Shown in pieces: positions 9,492 through 18,434 of a stretch of 64,000 bases of DNA (positions are counted from its first letter, which is position 1; every line of letters begins with the position of its first letter). Below the pieces are notes generated by a model. It searched no databases and was not told where the DNA came from. It worked only from the letters and a program-made list of their open reading frames with translations. The position numbers and the translations under genes were made by a program. The stretch lies in the UHGV virus genome UHGV-0247568; one strand, 5' to 3'. Origin of the DNA: a virus.

Positions 9492-9908
9492 TTATAAATT
9501 AAACGAATCGTCAACTGGTGGCTCCCAATCAAAATCGATACCATTTAATCCTAGTTGAATATTGCAAGTCTTACATAAAGTTATAATATTATCTTCTTCA
9601 AATGTTAATTCCGGATAATAAATACGTGGCTTAATGTGGTGAACTTGTAATTGATCACCATTAATAATGTTGTATTTAATATAGCAACGTTGGCAAATAT
9701 GATTATCTCTTGCAATAATTCTTAATCTTAATTTTCTCCATCTTCGAGATTCTAATGGTTTTAAAGTTTCAATATTTTTTCTTCTATATTCTCGACGTCG
9801 AGCATTTGACTCTTGTCTTGCTTTTTCTTTTCCAGGACAATTATGTTTAGAATCTGCTATTTTGCCGCAATATCGACAGATCGTTTTTCTCTCCGGCATT
9901 TTCAGCAA
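9492..9908 (-). CDS. HNH endonuclease (terminase-associated type)
   Basis: Two CxxC pairs flanking 'HHIKP' and 'N' (HNH core). Location upstream of terS typical of HK97-like packaging modules. Confidence 0.75.
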   Translation of the reverse strand: MLKMPERKTICRYCGKIADSKHNCPGKEKARQESNARRREYRRKNIETLKPLESRRWRKLRLRIIARDNHICQRCYIKYNIINGDQLQVHHIKPRIYYPELTFEEDNIITLCKTCNIQLGLNGIDFDWEPPVDDSFNL

Positions 9909-10035
9909 TCAACTCCCATTCTAAATCTAAACTGTCGTCATGGATGTTAATTTCAAATCCGCAATTTGGACATTCACTAACATTAAAATAATCTATTTTA
10001 GACCAACAATTTGGACATTCAATTAAATTTTCCAT
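9847..10035 (-). CDS. Small Zn-ribbon protein (hypothetical)
   Basis: 62 aa with CPNC...CPNC; GGAG RBS upstream of ATG at 10035. Confidence 0.4.
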   Translation of the reverse strand: MENLIECPNCWSKIDYFNVSECPNCGFEINIHDDSLDLEWELIAENAGEKNDLSILRQNSRF

Positions 10036-10117
10036 AGCTAACTCCTAAAGTTAACTCTTTATCTCTTATATTATATATAAGTATTACACATGTTTTTTAT
10101 ATATTTTTTCAAAAAAT

Positions 10118-10160
10118 GTTTACTTTTTTCATGAAACATGATATAATTTAATTATACTAA
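10118..10160 (+). promoter_or_regulatory. First rightward early promoter (TTTACT -35, TATAAT -10) with TCATGAAACATGA palindrome in spacer
   Basis: 'gtttacttttttcatgaaacatgatataat' in divergent intergenic region ahead of first plus-strand ORFs. Confidence 0.5.
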
Positions 10161-10179
10161 AAGAAGTGAGGTTGTTTAG

Positions 10180-10335
10180 ATGGAAGAAAAGATTTTTATC
10201 GTATATGTAAAAACAATTAATGGTAATGATAATTTAATGCCAATATCAGCGATATCAGAAGAAGAAGCAACACAAAAAGCTCTTAAAAGTAGTTTAGTTT
10301 CTGAAGTAATTGGAGTTGATAAAAATGGTAAGTAG
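10180..10335 (+). CDS. Small hypothetical protein (51 aa)
   Basis: ATG at 10180 preceded by GTGAGG RBS; not in ORF track (<60 aa). Confidence 0.4.
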   Translation: MEEKIFIVYVKTINGNDNLMPISAISEEEATQKALKSSLVSEVIGVDKNGK

Positions 10336-11188
10336 AATGGGTAAAAATAAAGTGAAAATTACGACAAGACGAGTCGCAATTACGGAAGATGTTCCACTTG
10401 GAAGATATGTTAAAATCAAAGGCAACGGTTATATTTTTGTTAATAGTTTAAACAAAGCAACTATTTTTGATAATATCGATCGAGCAAAACAAGCTATGGA
10501 AAAATATAATATTGAAGATTTTGGTTTAAATTTTGCTCCAATCGTTGTAGATAATTCTAAACATGGAAAAGGAATTAAAACTGCTTCAAGAAATATTATG
10601 AAAAATATTAGAGAAATTGCTGTTGTAGATGATCTTACAAAAGAATATGTTGAATCACTTATTTTTGGAAAAAGTTTTTCATATTTTTCACTTGATTCAA
10701 AATATATTTTATCTCACCAAAAAGAATTGAAAGATGAAGTGCTAAATAAAATTGGTAAGTTAATTGAGTTCCATAATCATTGCGATAAATATTATGTTGT
10801 ATCAATTCTTCCAAATAAAACTTCAAAAGAAATGATCGCAAAAGAATGTAAAGGCTGCGCAATTTGTGATGTGATTCAAGATTTAGCTTCATTTTTAGAT
10901 GTTCCTGAAATGAGCAAAATTTATAAAGTTTCGACAATGCAAGATACGGATCGTCATAAAAAATATGATATGAATAATTTAGAAGATTTGGCTGAAATGT
11001 ATTTCGATTTTGTCACTCTTCGAAATAGTGGATATTCACCGAAAAATATCGCAAAAATGTATGGCATTTCTTACGAACAACATTGCGAAAATTATGATCG
11101 ACTTCTTGAAAGTGAGTTCCATGAAATTGTTGGTCGCAAAAATCGAGGCATTGAAAAAGTCGAACGACGAACAAGGATAGATATTTAA
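10325..11188 (+). CDS. Hypothetical protein with C-terminal helix-turn-helix (sigma region-4-like); possible early regulator
   Basis: ORF-track frame starts at alternative start 10310. ATG 10325 has GGAG RBS. C-terminal 'NSGYSPKNIAKMYGISYEQ' HTH. Confidence 0.4.
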   Translation: MVSRMGKNKVKITTRRVAITEDVPLGRYVKIKGNGYIFVNSLNKATIFDNIDRAKQAMEKYNIEDFGLNFAPIVVDNSKHGKGIKTASRNIMKNIREIAVVDDLTKEYVESLIFGKSFSYFSLDSKYILSHQKELKDEVLNKIGKLIEFHNHCDKYYVVSILPNKTSKEMIAKECKGCAICDVIQDLASFLDVPEMSKIYKVSTMQDTDRHKKYDMNNLEDLAEMYFDFVTLRNSGYSPKNIAKMYGISYEQHCENYDRLLESEFHEIVGRKNRGIEKVERRTRIDI

Positions 11189-11214
11189 TTTTTTATTAAA
11201 TTTTTAATTTTTAT

Positions 11215-11390
11215 ATTATATAACGCCACACACTGGTTACCCCTAAGAAACGTTTTGGTACCTGGTGTGTGGCGAAAACTCAATAACGTATTACCAGGAA
11301 TTTCGCCTTTTTTCCTGAGGACAGTGCGGGCTATTTCGTCGACCGATGCGGATGGGTTGGTAGCCATTTCACACCCTCAGGACAAAAATA
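11215..11390. other. GC-rich, highly structured non-coding element (long inverted repeats); candidate structured RNA or protein-binding site
   Basis: Inverted repeats gccacacac...gtgtgtggc (11225-11275) and cctgagg...cctcagg (11315-11380). GC content far above flanks. Overlapping 60-aa minus ORF has no RBS. Confidence 0.35.
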
Positions 11391-11399
11391 ATGAATGAC

Positions 11400-12350
11400 T
11401 GAACACACTTTAATGCATTAATGATTGATGTGATGACACAGCACATACGTTGCACACATAAAGTTGAAGCAAGAAGTAAAAGTGTTTCACTGTCAGTCAC
11501 TCTCAAGCTGTCTATACTCACTATAGTAGATATATCCTACACACCCTCAAGACGTCCCTCAGACATACCTCAGACACTACCCCTGTCTACTATAATCTAT
11601 ATAATACACTACTATGATATAATATAACAATAATATGTACTATTATGCTGTATATGTACACTATATAATGTACGTATAATGTACACCCTGAGTACACATA
11701 TAATATATATTATATATTTTGTGGTGCATATATGCTGTTATTATGTAGCTGATATGCAATATATATAAATAATGTGTACACACTATGTACATTATAGTGA
11801 TGCAATATTATAGTGCAACAATATACTGACTTTATATATAATATATAATCTATATACGTGCTATATGGTATAATGGTATACTGTACCATATTTTACCTGA
11901 TATATATGGCATGTTATATACGGCTATCTATATACGGGTATATACATGGGTATATAGGTACTCCATGGTGTATATGTGCCTATCCTTATAGACGATATAT
12001 GGTATATATAATAAAAGGATTATGACCAACTCCATGGAGTAGATAACAGATATTTATTGCATACATTTTTGCGAAGCAAAATGTATGCTCCTTACGTTTT
12101 GCGAAGCAAAAACGTAAGGATTGGTAACTGCTTACTATTCCTCTTAAATATACAAATTCCTCTTATTCTAATATAAAATATCAAATAGTCTAATATATAA
12201 TAATATCTCCCTCTTTGATGTTTACACCTCCATGGTGTATAGTGTAAAATATCAAATATACTAATCTATATATATAGGATTCGGTGTTTTTGTGATTTTA
12301 CAGTTTACAGTTGACAGTTAGTATGATATAATATAATTATCTTAAATATG
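11400..12350. repeat. AT-rich non-coding region with short iterated motifs (GGTATATA, ATGTACAC), the direct repeat TTTTGCGAAGCAAAA x2 and a perfect 11-bp-stem hairpin (12090-12119); candidate origin/regulatory region
   Basis: No credible ORF in ~950 bp; located at the switch between the leftward and rightward gene blocks. Contains 3 CTCCATGG(T/A)G sites. Confidence 0.45.
12286..12335 (+). promoter_or_regulatory. Early promoter with three tandem -35-like boxes (TTTACAG TTTACAG TTGACAG) and extended -10 TGATATAAT
   Basis: 'gtgattttacagtttacagttgacagttagtatgatataatataa'. Confidence 0.5.
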
Positions 12351-12359
12351 AGGAGATGA

Positions 12360-12572
12360 GCTGAATTTGAATTAGTTAAAGGACGTTTTAAAGTTGGAGA
12401 CAGATTTAGACACATTCGTTATGGAAACTTGAATGTATTAAAAATTATAGAAGTCAGAGAATATGAGAGACATTTGCCAAACTATAGAGTGATTAGTGAA
12501 AATAATGGCTATAAATATTTGATTAGTGAAGATGAGTTAGTGAAATATCCAATTATTAGAAATGAGGAATAA
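12360..12572 (+). CDS. Small SH3/KOW-like protein (start codon uncertain), member of a small paralog family
   Basis: 70 stop-free codons '...KVGDRFRHIRYGNLNVLKIIEVREYERHLPNYRVISENNGYKYLISEDELVKYP...'. Similar to N-terminus of 22058 ORF and to 42268 ORF. No in-frame ATG; a TTG at 12429 possible. Confidence 0.35.
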   Translation, partial: AEFELVKGRFKVGDRFRHIRYGNLNVLKIIEVREYERHLPNYRVISENNGYKYLISEDELVKYPIIRNEE

Positions 12573-12575
12573 ATT

Positions 12576-14174
12576 GTGAAAAAGAATACAAAGGGAGAAA
12601 TTGACTTACATTTAATTTTAGGTCAAGCTGGAAGTGGAAAGAGTAGTAAACTATTTAATATGATTGAAACTGAAATGAACGAAGGTAAAATGAGACCGAT
12701 TATCTTATGTAACAAATGGTTATTAGTTCGTTCGACTGAAAAGAAAGTTAGTAAGTTAAATGTCAATCATAATGTTCGTGTGCAAACAGTTCAATCAATT
12801 ACTGAACGAACGATTAATGTGCAGAATCAATTAGCTGGAATTGATACAATTATTTTAGATGAATTTAGTCAAATCGATTATAACACGTTGCTTTCATTAA
12901 CAGATGCTTGTAAAAAAGTTGGAATTACAAGAATCGTTGCAGCAGGTGACTTCTTACAAAATGAACCGATTAAAGGTGGAAGTTATAGTCCAATGCGATT
13001 AATTATTCGTCAATTCTTATTAGGAATTACATCAAACTTCTTCGCTTCATTGAACTTTTATCCGATTTACGAGTGGCTAAAAGATCAATCACAATATAAC
13101 CATGGAGTGTTGGAAGTTCCTAAGGATTTGCGCACTATGCTAAAATCAATTACTTATGAAGCGCTTTTGGACAATTGGAGACAAAATGGTAAAGTAACTA
13201 TTCGTAATAGTCAAGATATGCGACAATTGTTAGCTGATAATTTATATCTATTTCAATATGATGGTGAATATAAAGATAAATTGAAAAAAGCTATTATGCG
13301 AAAAGATTGGCAGATTATAGTTGCAGATTGGAAGCAAATGGCTGTTGTTAATAAATTTGCGTATGATAATGGTTTAAATGGATGTCAAACTGATTATTAT
13401 ATCGACATCCGTGGTTATCAAGATGAAAATTATCGCAACTATTATAAATTGACACAAAAAGGATATAGATTAATTAATGGTCGTGATGATTCAATTAAAG
13501 ACGATTTTGAATTGATGCAATGTATTCGTCCGACATTTGCAATTATTGCTGATAGTGCGCAAGGATTAGAATTTGATAACGTTATGCTTGTTTCATTATT
13601 AGATGAAAGTGTAAATAAAGGAAGCAAATACAAAAGTTGGTCAAATTTTTCATTCAACTCATTATACATGGCAATGACTAGACACAAGATTGAAGTTGAC
13701 TTATGTGTTGATGAACATGGATGGAAAGATATGAATAGAACATTAGACATTGTGCCTTATGCAAAAAAAGATATGATTGAAGAAGAGTGGTTACATTATT
13801 GTGCTCGTGTAAATATGCCAGCATTTGAAGCGTTAGAAATGTATAAGAACAAAAGTCACTATTTTGTAAACAATGGATATTTTGTTTCAAATATCGGTAA
13901 CACTGTTGTTCGGTTCGCAAAAGGTACCAAAACATTTGATATTGGATTAAAACCAGATTATACTCTTTTAAAATTATGGAAACAATATCACCCAAATATT
14001 ATTGATGAAAATGTTGAAAAAACATTGAAAAAAAGTAAAACAAACAATAGTAATACTGTTATTTTAGATTGGATTAATGAAATTGGTAAAGAAAATATTG
14101 ATATGAGTTTATCAGTTCGTAAATTCAAAGCAAAATATGGAAAAACAAAAAGTCAAGTTGAAAAATATTTATAA
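12576..14174 (+). CDS. SF1 DNA helicase (Dda/RecD/Pif1-like)
   Basis: Walker A 'GQAGSGKS', Walker B 'IILDEFSQ', motif III-like 'AAGDFLQNEP'. Confidence 0.6.
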   Translation: MKKNTKGEIDLHLILGQAGSGKSSKLFNMIETEMNEGKMRPIILCNKWLLVRSTEKKVSKLNVNHNVRVQTVQSITERTINVQNQLAGIDTIILDEFSQIDYNTLLSLTDACKKVGITRIVAAGDFLQNEPIKGGSYSPMRLIIRQFLLGITSNFFASLNFYPIYEWLKDQSQYNHGVLEVPKDLRTMLKSITYEALLDNWRQNGKVTIRNSQDMRQLLADNLYLFQYDGEYKDKLKKAIMRKDWQIIVADWKQMAVVNKFAYDNGLNGCQTDYYIDIRGYQDENYRNYYKLTQKGYRLINGRDDSIKDDFELMQCIRPTFAIIADSAQGLEFDNVMLVSLLDESVNKGSKYKSWSNFSFNSLYMAMTRHKIEVDLCVDEHGWKDMNRTLDIVPYAKKDMIEEEWLHYCARVNMPAFEALEMYKNKSHYFVNNGYFVSNIGNTVVRFAKGTKTFDIGLKPDYTLLKLWKQYHPNIIDENVEKTLKKSKTNNSNTVILDWINEIGKENIDMSLSVRKFKAKYGKTKSQVEKYL

Positions 14175-14259
14175 AAAATATAGGAGGAAAGTGTTTACTT
14201 TCTTCCTTTTTCATGATATAATATAAATATAAAATAATAAAAGAAAAAGAGGTAAGAAA

Positions 14260-16224
14260 ATGGACTTTAAAAGATATAATGAAAGAGAGGCAAAGCAGTA
14301 TACAGCTCATTTGTGTTATCAATTAGGAATTGTTTATAATATTGCTAAATTGATTGCAGAAGATGAACCAACGTTTGTGGCTTTAAATAAAGCTTACAAA
14401 AACAAAGATGATGAATCATATGACAAAGCTTTTAATTTATTAAAGCAAATTAATGGAGTTGGACCAAAACGTGCAGCTTTATATTTAGAAAAATATTTTG
14501 AAAACCCATATCGTTCTATTAATTGGGAAATGTTTAATATTTTACAAAAATATCAAAAAGTGACTGGTTGGTCAGATAATCGATTATATGATTTAGCTCG
14601 CCGTATTGATGACCCTTCAAAAATTTGGGACACATTTTTATATGATAGTTCTATCACATTACCAATTGCTGTTGAAATTTATAAAATGACAACTGAAGAT
14701 GATGTGTATTTACAAAACCAAACAATTGAATATTTTTCAAATTTCGTTAAATTGCGCGAAATTCAAAATGGACAAAATCGTCTTACAGTTCCTAAATTCA
14801 ATATTAACAAAGAATTAAATGAGAAGTATGACGTTTTCTTAGAGGTAAAAGATGTTGTTATGTTGAAAAATACCGCCATGGACTATGTTACAATTCTCAA
14901 ATATTTCAATGAAAATAAAGATAGTGAACTAATCTTTGAGTTAAATGAGGATATTGATGTTTCAGATTTTGGATCAGATCAGTTGGTTGCATTTGAGAAA
15001 TTAAGATGTAAAAAGACAATGATGTTGACTGGTTTTGCTGGAACGGGTAAAACTTACATGTTAGACAAATATATCAAAAATTTAATGGGTGCGAAGGTTT
15101 ACGCTTGTGCACTCGCTGGTAAAGCTGTTAAAAACTTTGTAAATGCAATGAGTCCAGATAGTATGAGAAAAGTTACACAATCCACGGTGGCTGGACTTCG
15201 ATATGTTCCAAAGTATCAAAGTGAATTACACGATTCGACTATTGTAATTGTTGATGAAGTCTCCATGGTGTCTATGTCTGATTTAGCATTTATTATTAGA
15301 AACTTAGACGACGAACAAAAGCTCATTTTAATTGGAGATATTAATCAATTACCAGCTATTGAATTGGATGTTATGAATTGGTTAGTAAATGATGGAGAAA
15401 TTGAATTAGTTACTTTAGACATTCCAAAACGTCAAAGTGCAGATTCCGGAATTTTTAAAGACAGTATGTCTATTATTCGTAAAGAAGTTCCTGATTTTAG
15501 CACGGAAGATAGTCAAGTTAGAATTGGTGCTACAACAGTTCAAAAAATTATTTATGAAAATCGTGATGCAGACATTTTTCTAACAACAACGAATCAAGTG
15601 AAGGATATTATTAATGAAGTCAAATCCAATGAGATTCGTCAAATTCCAAATCATGCAGTATTTAAAAATAAATTATACAAGCAAGAAGTCGAATTCCACG
15701 AAGGTTATCAAATTATGATTGGTAAAAATAATGTTGATACTGGTTTAATGAATGGTGATATTTTTGTTATTAATTACGAAGGACATTTAACTGATCCTTA
15801 TACAGGAGAAATCGCAAGAGATTTAGACGGAAAACCTCTTAAAATAGGAGAAAATCGTGATTATGTTGATGCTGGCTTTGGTGGAAAGAGCAATATTATC
15901 GACACCACGGCACATAACGTTCAAATGGCATTTGCTATTACGACACACAAAAGTCAAGGTTCGACTATGATGAAAGGTGTCACTGTTATGGGTAAAGGTC
16001 CATTAGCTAATCGTAATTTATTATATACAGCTTTAACACGTTTTAAAGAAAAACATGTGTTATACTTACCAGATGAAACTTTATTAGATACAATTTTAAA
16101 TACTGATGTAAAATATGAAAAATTATCTAAAGAAGACCAACAATTTTTAACTGAAATTGTTGAATTAGAAAAAAAGAAAGAGGTAGGTACTAATGATGCA
16201 AATGATGCAGCAGAAATTTTTTAA
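14260..16224 (+). CDS. SF1 DNA helicase (RecD/Dda-like), second copy
   Basis: 'GFAGTGKTY', 'IVIVDEVSMVS', 'ILIGDINQLPAI' (GDxxQLPP motif). Confidence 0.7.
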   Translation: MDFKRYNEREAKQYTAHLCYQLGIVYNIAKLIAEDEPTFVALNKAYKNKDDESYDKAFNLLKQINGVGPKRAALYLEKYFENPYRSINWEMFNILQKYQKVTGWSDNRLYDLARRIDDPSKIWDTFLYDSSITLPIAVEIYKMTTEDDVYLQNQTIEYFSNFVKLREIQNGQNRLTVPKFNINKELNEKYDVFLEVKDVVMLKNTAMDYVTILKYFNENKDSELIFELNEDIDVSDFGSDQLVAFEKLRCKKTMMLTGFAGTGKTYMLDKYIKNLMGAKVYACALAGKAVKNFVNAMSPDSMRKVTQSTVAGLRYVPKYQSELHDSTIVIVDEVSMVSMSDLAFIIRNLDDEQKLILIGDINQLPAIELDVMNWLVNDGEIELVTLDIPKRQSADSGIFKDSMSIIRKEVPDFSTEDSQVRIGATTVQKIIYENRDADIFLTTTNQVKDIINEVKSNEIRQIPNHAVFKNKLYKQEVEFHEGYQIMIGKNNVDTGLMNGDIFVINYEGHLTDPYTGEIARDLDGKPLKIGENRDYVDAGFGGKSNIIDTTAHNVQMAFAITTHKSQGSTMMKGVTVMGKGPLANRNLLYTALTRFKEKHVLYLPDETLLDTILNTDVKYEKLSKEDQQFLTEIVELEKKKEVGTNDANDAAEIF

Positions 16225-16729
16225 AGGTCAGACCATGGAGGTAGTTGGTGCTCTCAATGACGAAAATTATAACATTTATCTTTTACACATGGGAGATTTT
16301 TGTCAAATTGTAGAAGAATTAGAATATGATAAATATTTAGTGCAATTTGAAAATGGTAAAAAATATGTTTTACGTGGAAAATGTTTATCACCAAGTTCAT
16401 TTCCTTTTATTGATAAATCAACAATTATCGTAGCTAATAATATAGGAGTTTTTAACAACGTTAAATATGATGCAGATAAAAAAGCTTTCTGTTTTGAATT
16501 AAAACATTTAGTGGATATTGTTTACTCCACGAAGGATATTCAGAAATTACGTTCAGTCGGATATACTAATTTTTCTACAGTGATCAATGAGAAAATATTT
16601 GAAATTTGTAGACAGCATGGATTAGAAAATGCCACCATGGAGGAAGCAGCAGAACTCTTTAGTTATTTTATGAAAAAAGATTATGATCGTGCTATTGAGA
16701 AATATGGTGAACTCCATGGAATTCGATAA
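16193..16729 (+). CDS. Hypothetical protein
   Basis: 178-aa ORF in early array. Confidence 0.4.
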   Translation: MMQMMQQKFFKGQTMEVVGALNDENYNIYLLHMGDFCQIVEELEYDKYLVQFENGKKYVLRGKCLSPSSFPFIDKSTIIVANNIGVFNNVKYDADKKAFCFELKHLVDIVYSTKDIQKLRSVGYTNFSTVINEKIFEICRQHGLENATMEEAAELFSYFMKKDYDRAIEKYGELHGIR

Positions 16730-17009
16730 TAAACTCTTATTGGAAAAATATTTTTTAGATATGTGTGATTATGAGTGGCAGAAACAAATAATTAAGAGAA
16801 TTTTAGTCGACAAAAAGATAAACTCTTTTGTTATTAAAACTCCACGAAATCGTGGAAAAACCTTGTATTTTAATACATTACAACACATTTGCTTGCAAAC
16901 TCAATATAATCTACAAAATCGAAAGGTGGAATATAAGTGGGTACCATTATCACAGACATTATTGCTTCAATACAAATCGACTCGTTTATGGCCACAATTT
17001 CAACAATAG
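16683..17009 (+). CDS. Hypothetical protein (start uncertain, overlaps previous ORF)
   Basis: ORF track; alternative ATGs at 16704/16716. Confidence 0.3.
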   Translation: MIVLLRNMVNSMEFDNKLLLEKYFLDMCDYEWQKQIIKRILVDKKINSFVIKTPRNRGKTLYFNTLQHICLQTQYNLQNRKVEYKWVPLSQTLLLQYKSTRLWPQFQQ

Positions 17010-17166
17010 GTTTTATAGTGCTATTTCTAATATTAGCATATAACGATAAAAAAGATTAAAAAATAGGAATTTTTTCCTATTTTTTTTATTATTATTGAAA
17101 AACTGTTTACAATTGCACCAGTTTATTATATAATATAAATATAAAATAAAGAACGGAGAGAAGTAA

Positions 17167-17478
17167 ATGTACGAAAAATTAATTAAACATGATGATATTG
17201 GAAAATATTATCTAGTGGATAGTGACAAATTTATTTTTAAATTAAATGGAGTTAATAGACTTCAAGCTTATCAATTTTTAATTGATATTGGAGTTGTAAA
17301 TGAATTACAAGCGTGGAGATGTGGAATTGAAAATTATGTCCAAACAATTGATAAAATTTTAGATGGAACAATACGTTTGGGTCGTTTTAAATTTTACAGA
17401 GTTTCACAATATACAGAAAAATTAGATGAGCAATTAGAAATTGAAAGAAGAAGATCATGGGAGGTAAGAGCAAAATGA
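17167..17478 (+). CDS. Hypothetical protein
   Basis: 103 aa, own promoter cassette at 17106-17134, RBS GGAGAG. Confidence 0.45.
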   Translation: MYEKLIKHDDIGKYYLVDSDKFIFKLNGVNRLQAYQFLIDIGVVNELQAWRCGIENYVQTIDKILDGTIRLGRFKFYRVSQYTEKLDEQLEIERRRSWEVRAK

Positions 17479-17912
17479 ATATTATGAAAGTTGCAAATCA
17501 AAAAATACATGTATCTGACCATTGTATTGAGCGTTATAGAGAACGTATTATGGCTCATAGACATTGGAATGAACCAGAAACAAAAAATGAAACAATTAAA
17601 AAAATTAAGCGTGAAATTGACCCACGTAATATTTTGAAAGTTGTTTATTATGGAGATGATTATAAATTTGTATTCACTAAAAAACACACTGAATTTCGCT
17701 TTGAAAAAAGCAATGATAGAAAATTTTGGGTATTAGTAACATGCGTAAGATATACACGTTTATTAGCTAGTGAAGAACCATGTGATATTGAACAAATTCG
17801 TGAAGGACATGTTTATGGAATTAGAACAGCAGTAAAAATTCGTGAGAAAAAGAAAAAAATGTATGAAGAACATAAATTAAAAGAAAAAGACATGAAGGAG
17901 ATTATGGACTAA
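17457..17912 (+). CDS. Hypothetical protein
   Basis: 151-aa ORF. Confidence 0.4.
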   Translation: MGGKSKMNIMKVANQKIHVSDHCIERYRERIMAHRHWNEPETKNETIKKIKREIDPRNILKVVYYGDDYKFVFTKKHTEFRFEKSNDRKFWVLVTCVRYTRLLASEEPCDIEQIREGHVYGIRTAVKIREKKKKMYEEHKLKEKDMKEIMD

Positions 17913-18166
17913 TGAAAAATATTAAAGCAGGAGATATGGTTCGTGTTACAAAAATAACAGATTTTGATATTAAAAGAGGAATTGAATTAGGTATGTTATT
18001 AGTTGTTGAAGATAATTCAACAAAAGATTTAAAAGGACTTTTTGTTCAAAATCCGTTTGACCCACGGTTTAAAGGTGTTCCAACAATTAACTACATGTTT
18101 GGTGACCAAATTGAGTTAGCAATTTCAAAAAGAGATGAAAAAGATTTTAAAGAAGGAGTTAAATAA
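17912..18166 (+). CDS. Hypothetical small protein (SH3-like paralog family?)
   Basis: 84 aa 'AGDMVRVTKI...'. Confidence 0.4.
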   Translation: MKNIKAGDMVRVTKITDFDIKRGIELGMLLVVEDNSTKDLKGLFVQNPFDPRFKGVPTINYMFGDQIELAISKRDEKDFKEGVK

Positions 18167-18168
18167 AT

Positions 18169-18405
18169 ATGCAAGATTTTATGACAGAAAAATTAGAAAA
18201 AGATGCTAAAAAATATGAAGAACAATGCTTTATGAGTGAAGACCAGCGCCTCATAGAAATATATCTAGAAACTGTTAAAATTAGAGCTGAGCGAAAAGTA
18301 AAAATTGCAAAATTGGAAAAAGAAATTAGTGTTGAAAATCGTAAATTAGATGTGCTTAATAATAAAGCAAAAGAAGCATTTAGACAAGTTAAAGATAAAT
18401 TATAA
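18169..18405 (+). CDS. Hypothetical coiled-coil protein
   Basis: 78 aa, Lys/Glu-rich helical. Confidence 0.4.
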   Translation: MQDFMTEKLEKDAKKYEEQCFMSEDQRLIEIYLETVKIRAERKVKIAKLEKEISVENRKLDVLNNKAKEAFRQVKDKL

Positions 18406-18434
18406 AAATATTATAAAATGAAAAGAGGAAATTA

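Noticed and set aside
11185-11367. 60-aa minus-strand ORF
   Set aside because: No RBS, sits exactly on the GC-rich inverted-repeat element; more likely structured non-coding DNA/RNA.
11421-11627. 68-aa plus-strand ORF in the AT-rich zone
   Set aside because: No RBS, low-complexity translation, embedded in iterated repeats of the putative control region.
11400-12350. Possible CRISPR array
   Set aside because: Repeats are short, irregular in spacing and sequence (iteron-like), not equal-length direct repeats with unique spacers.
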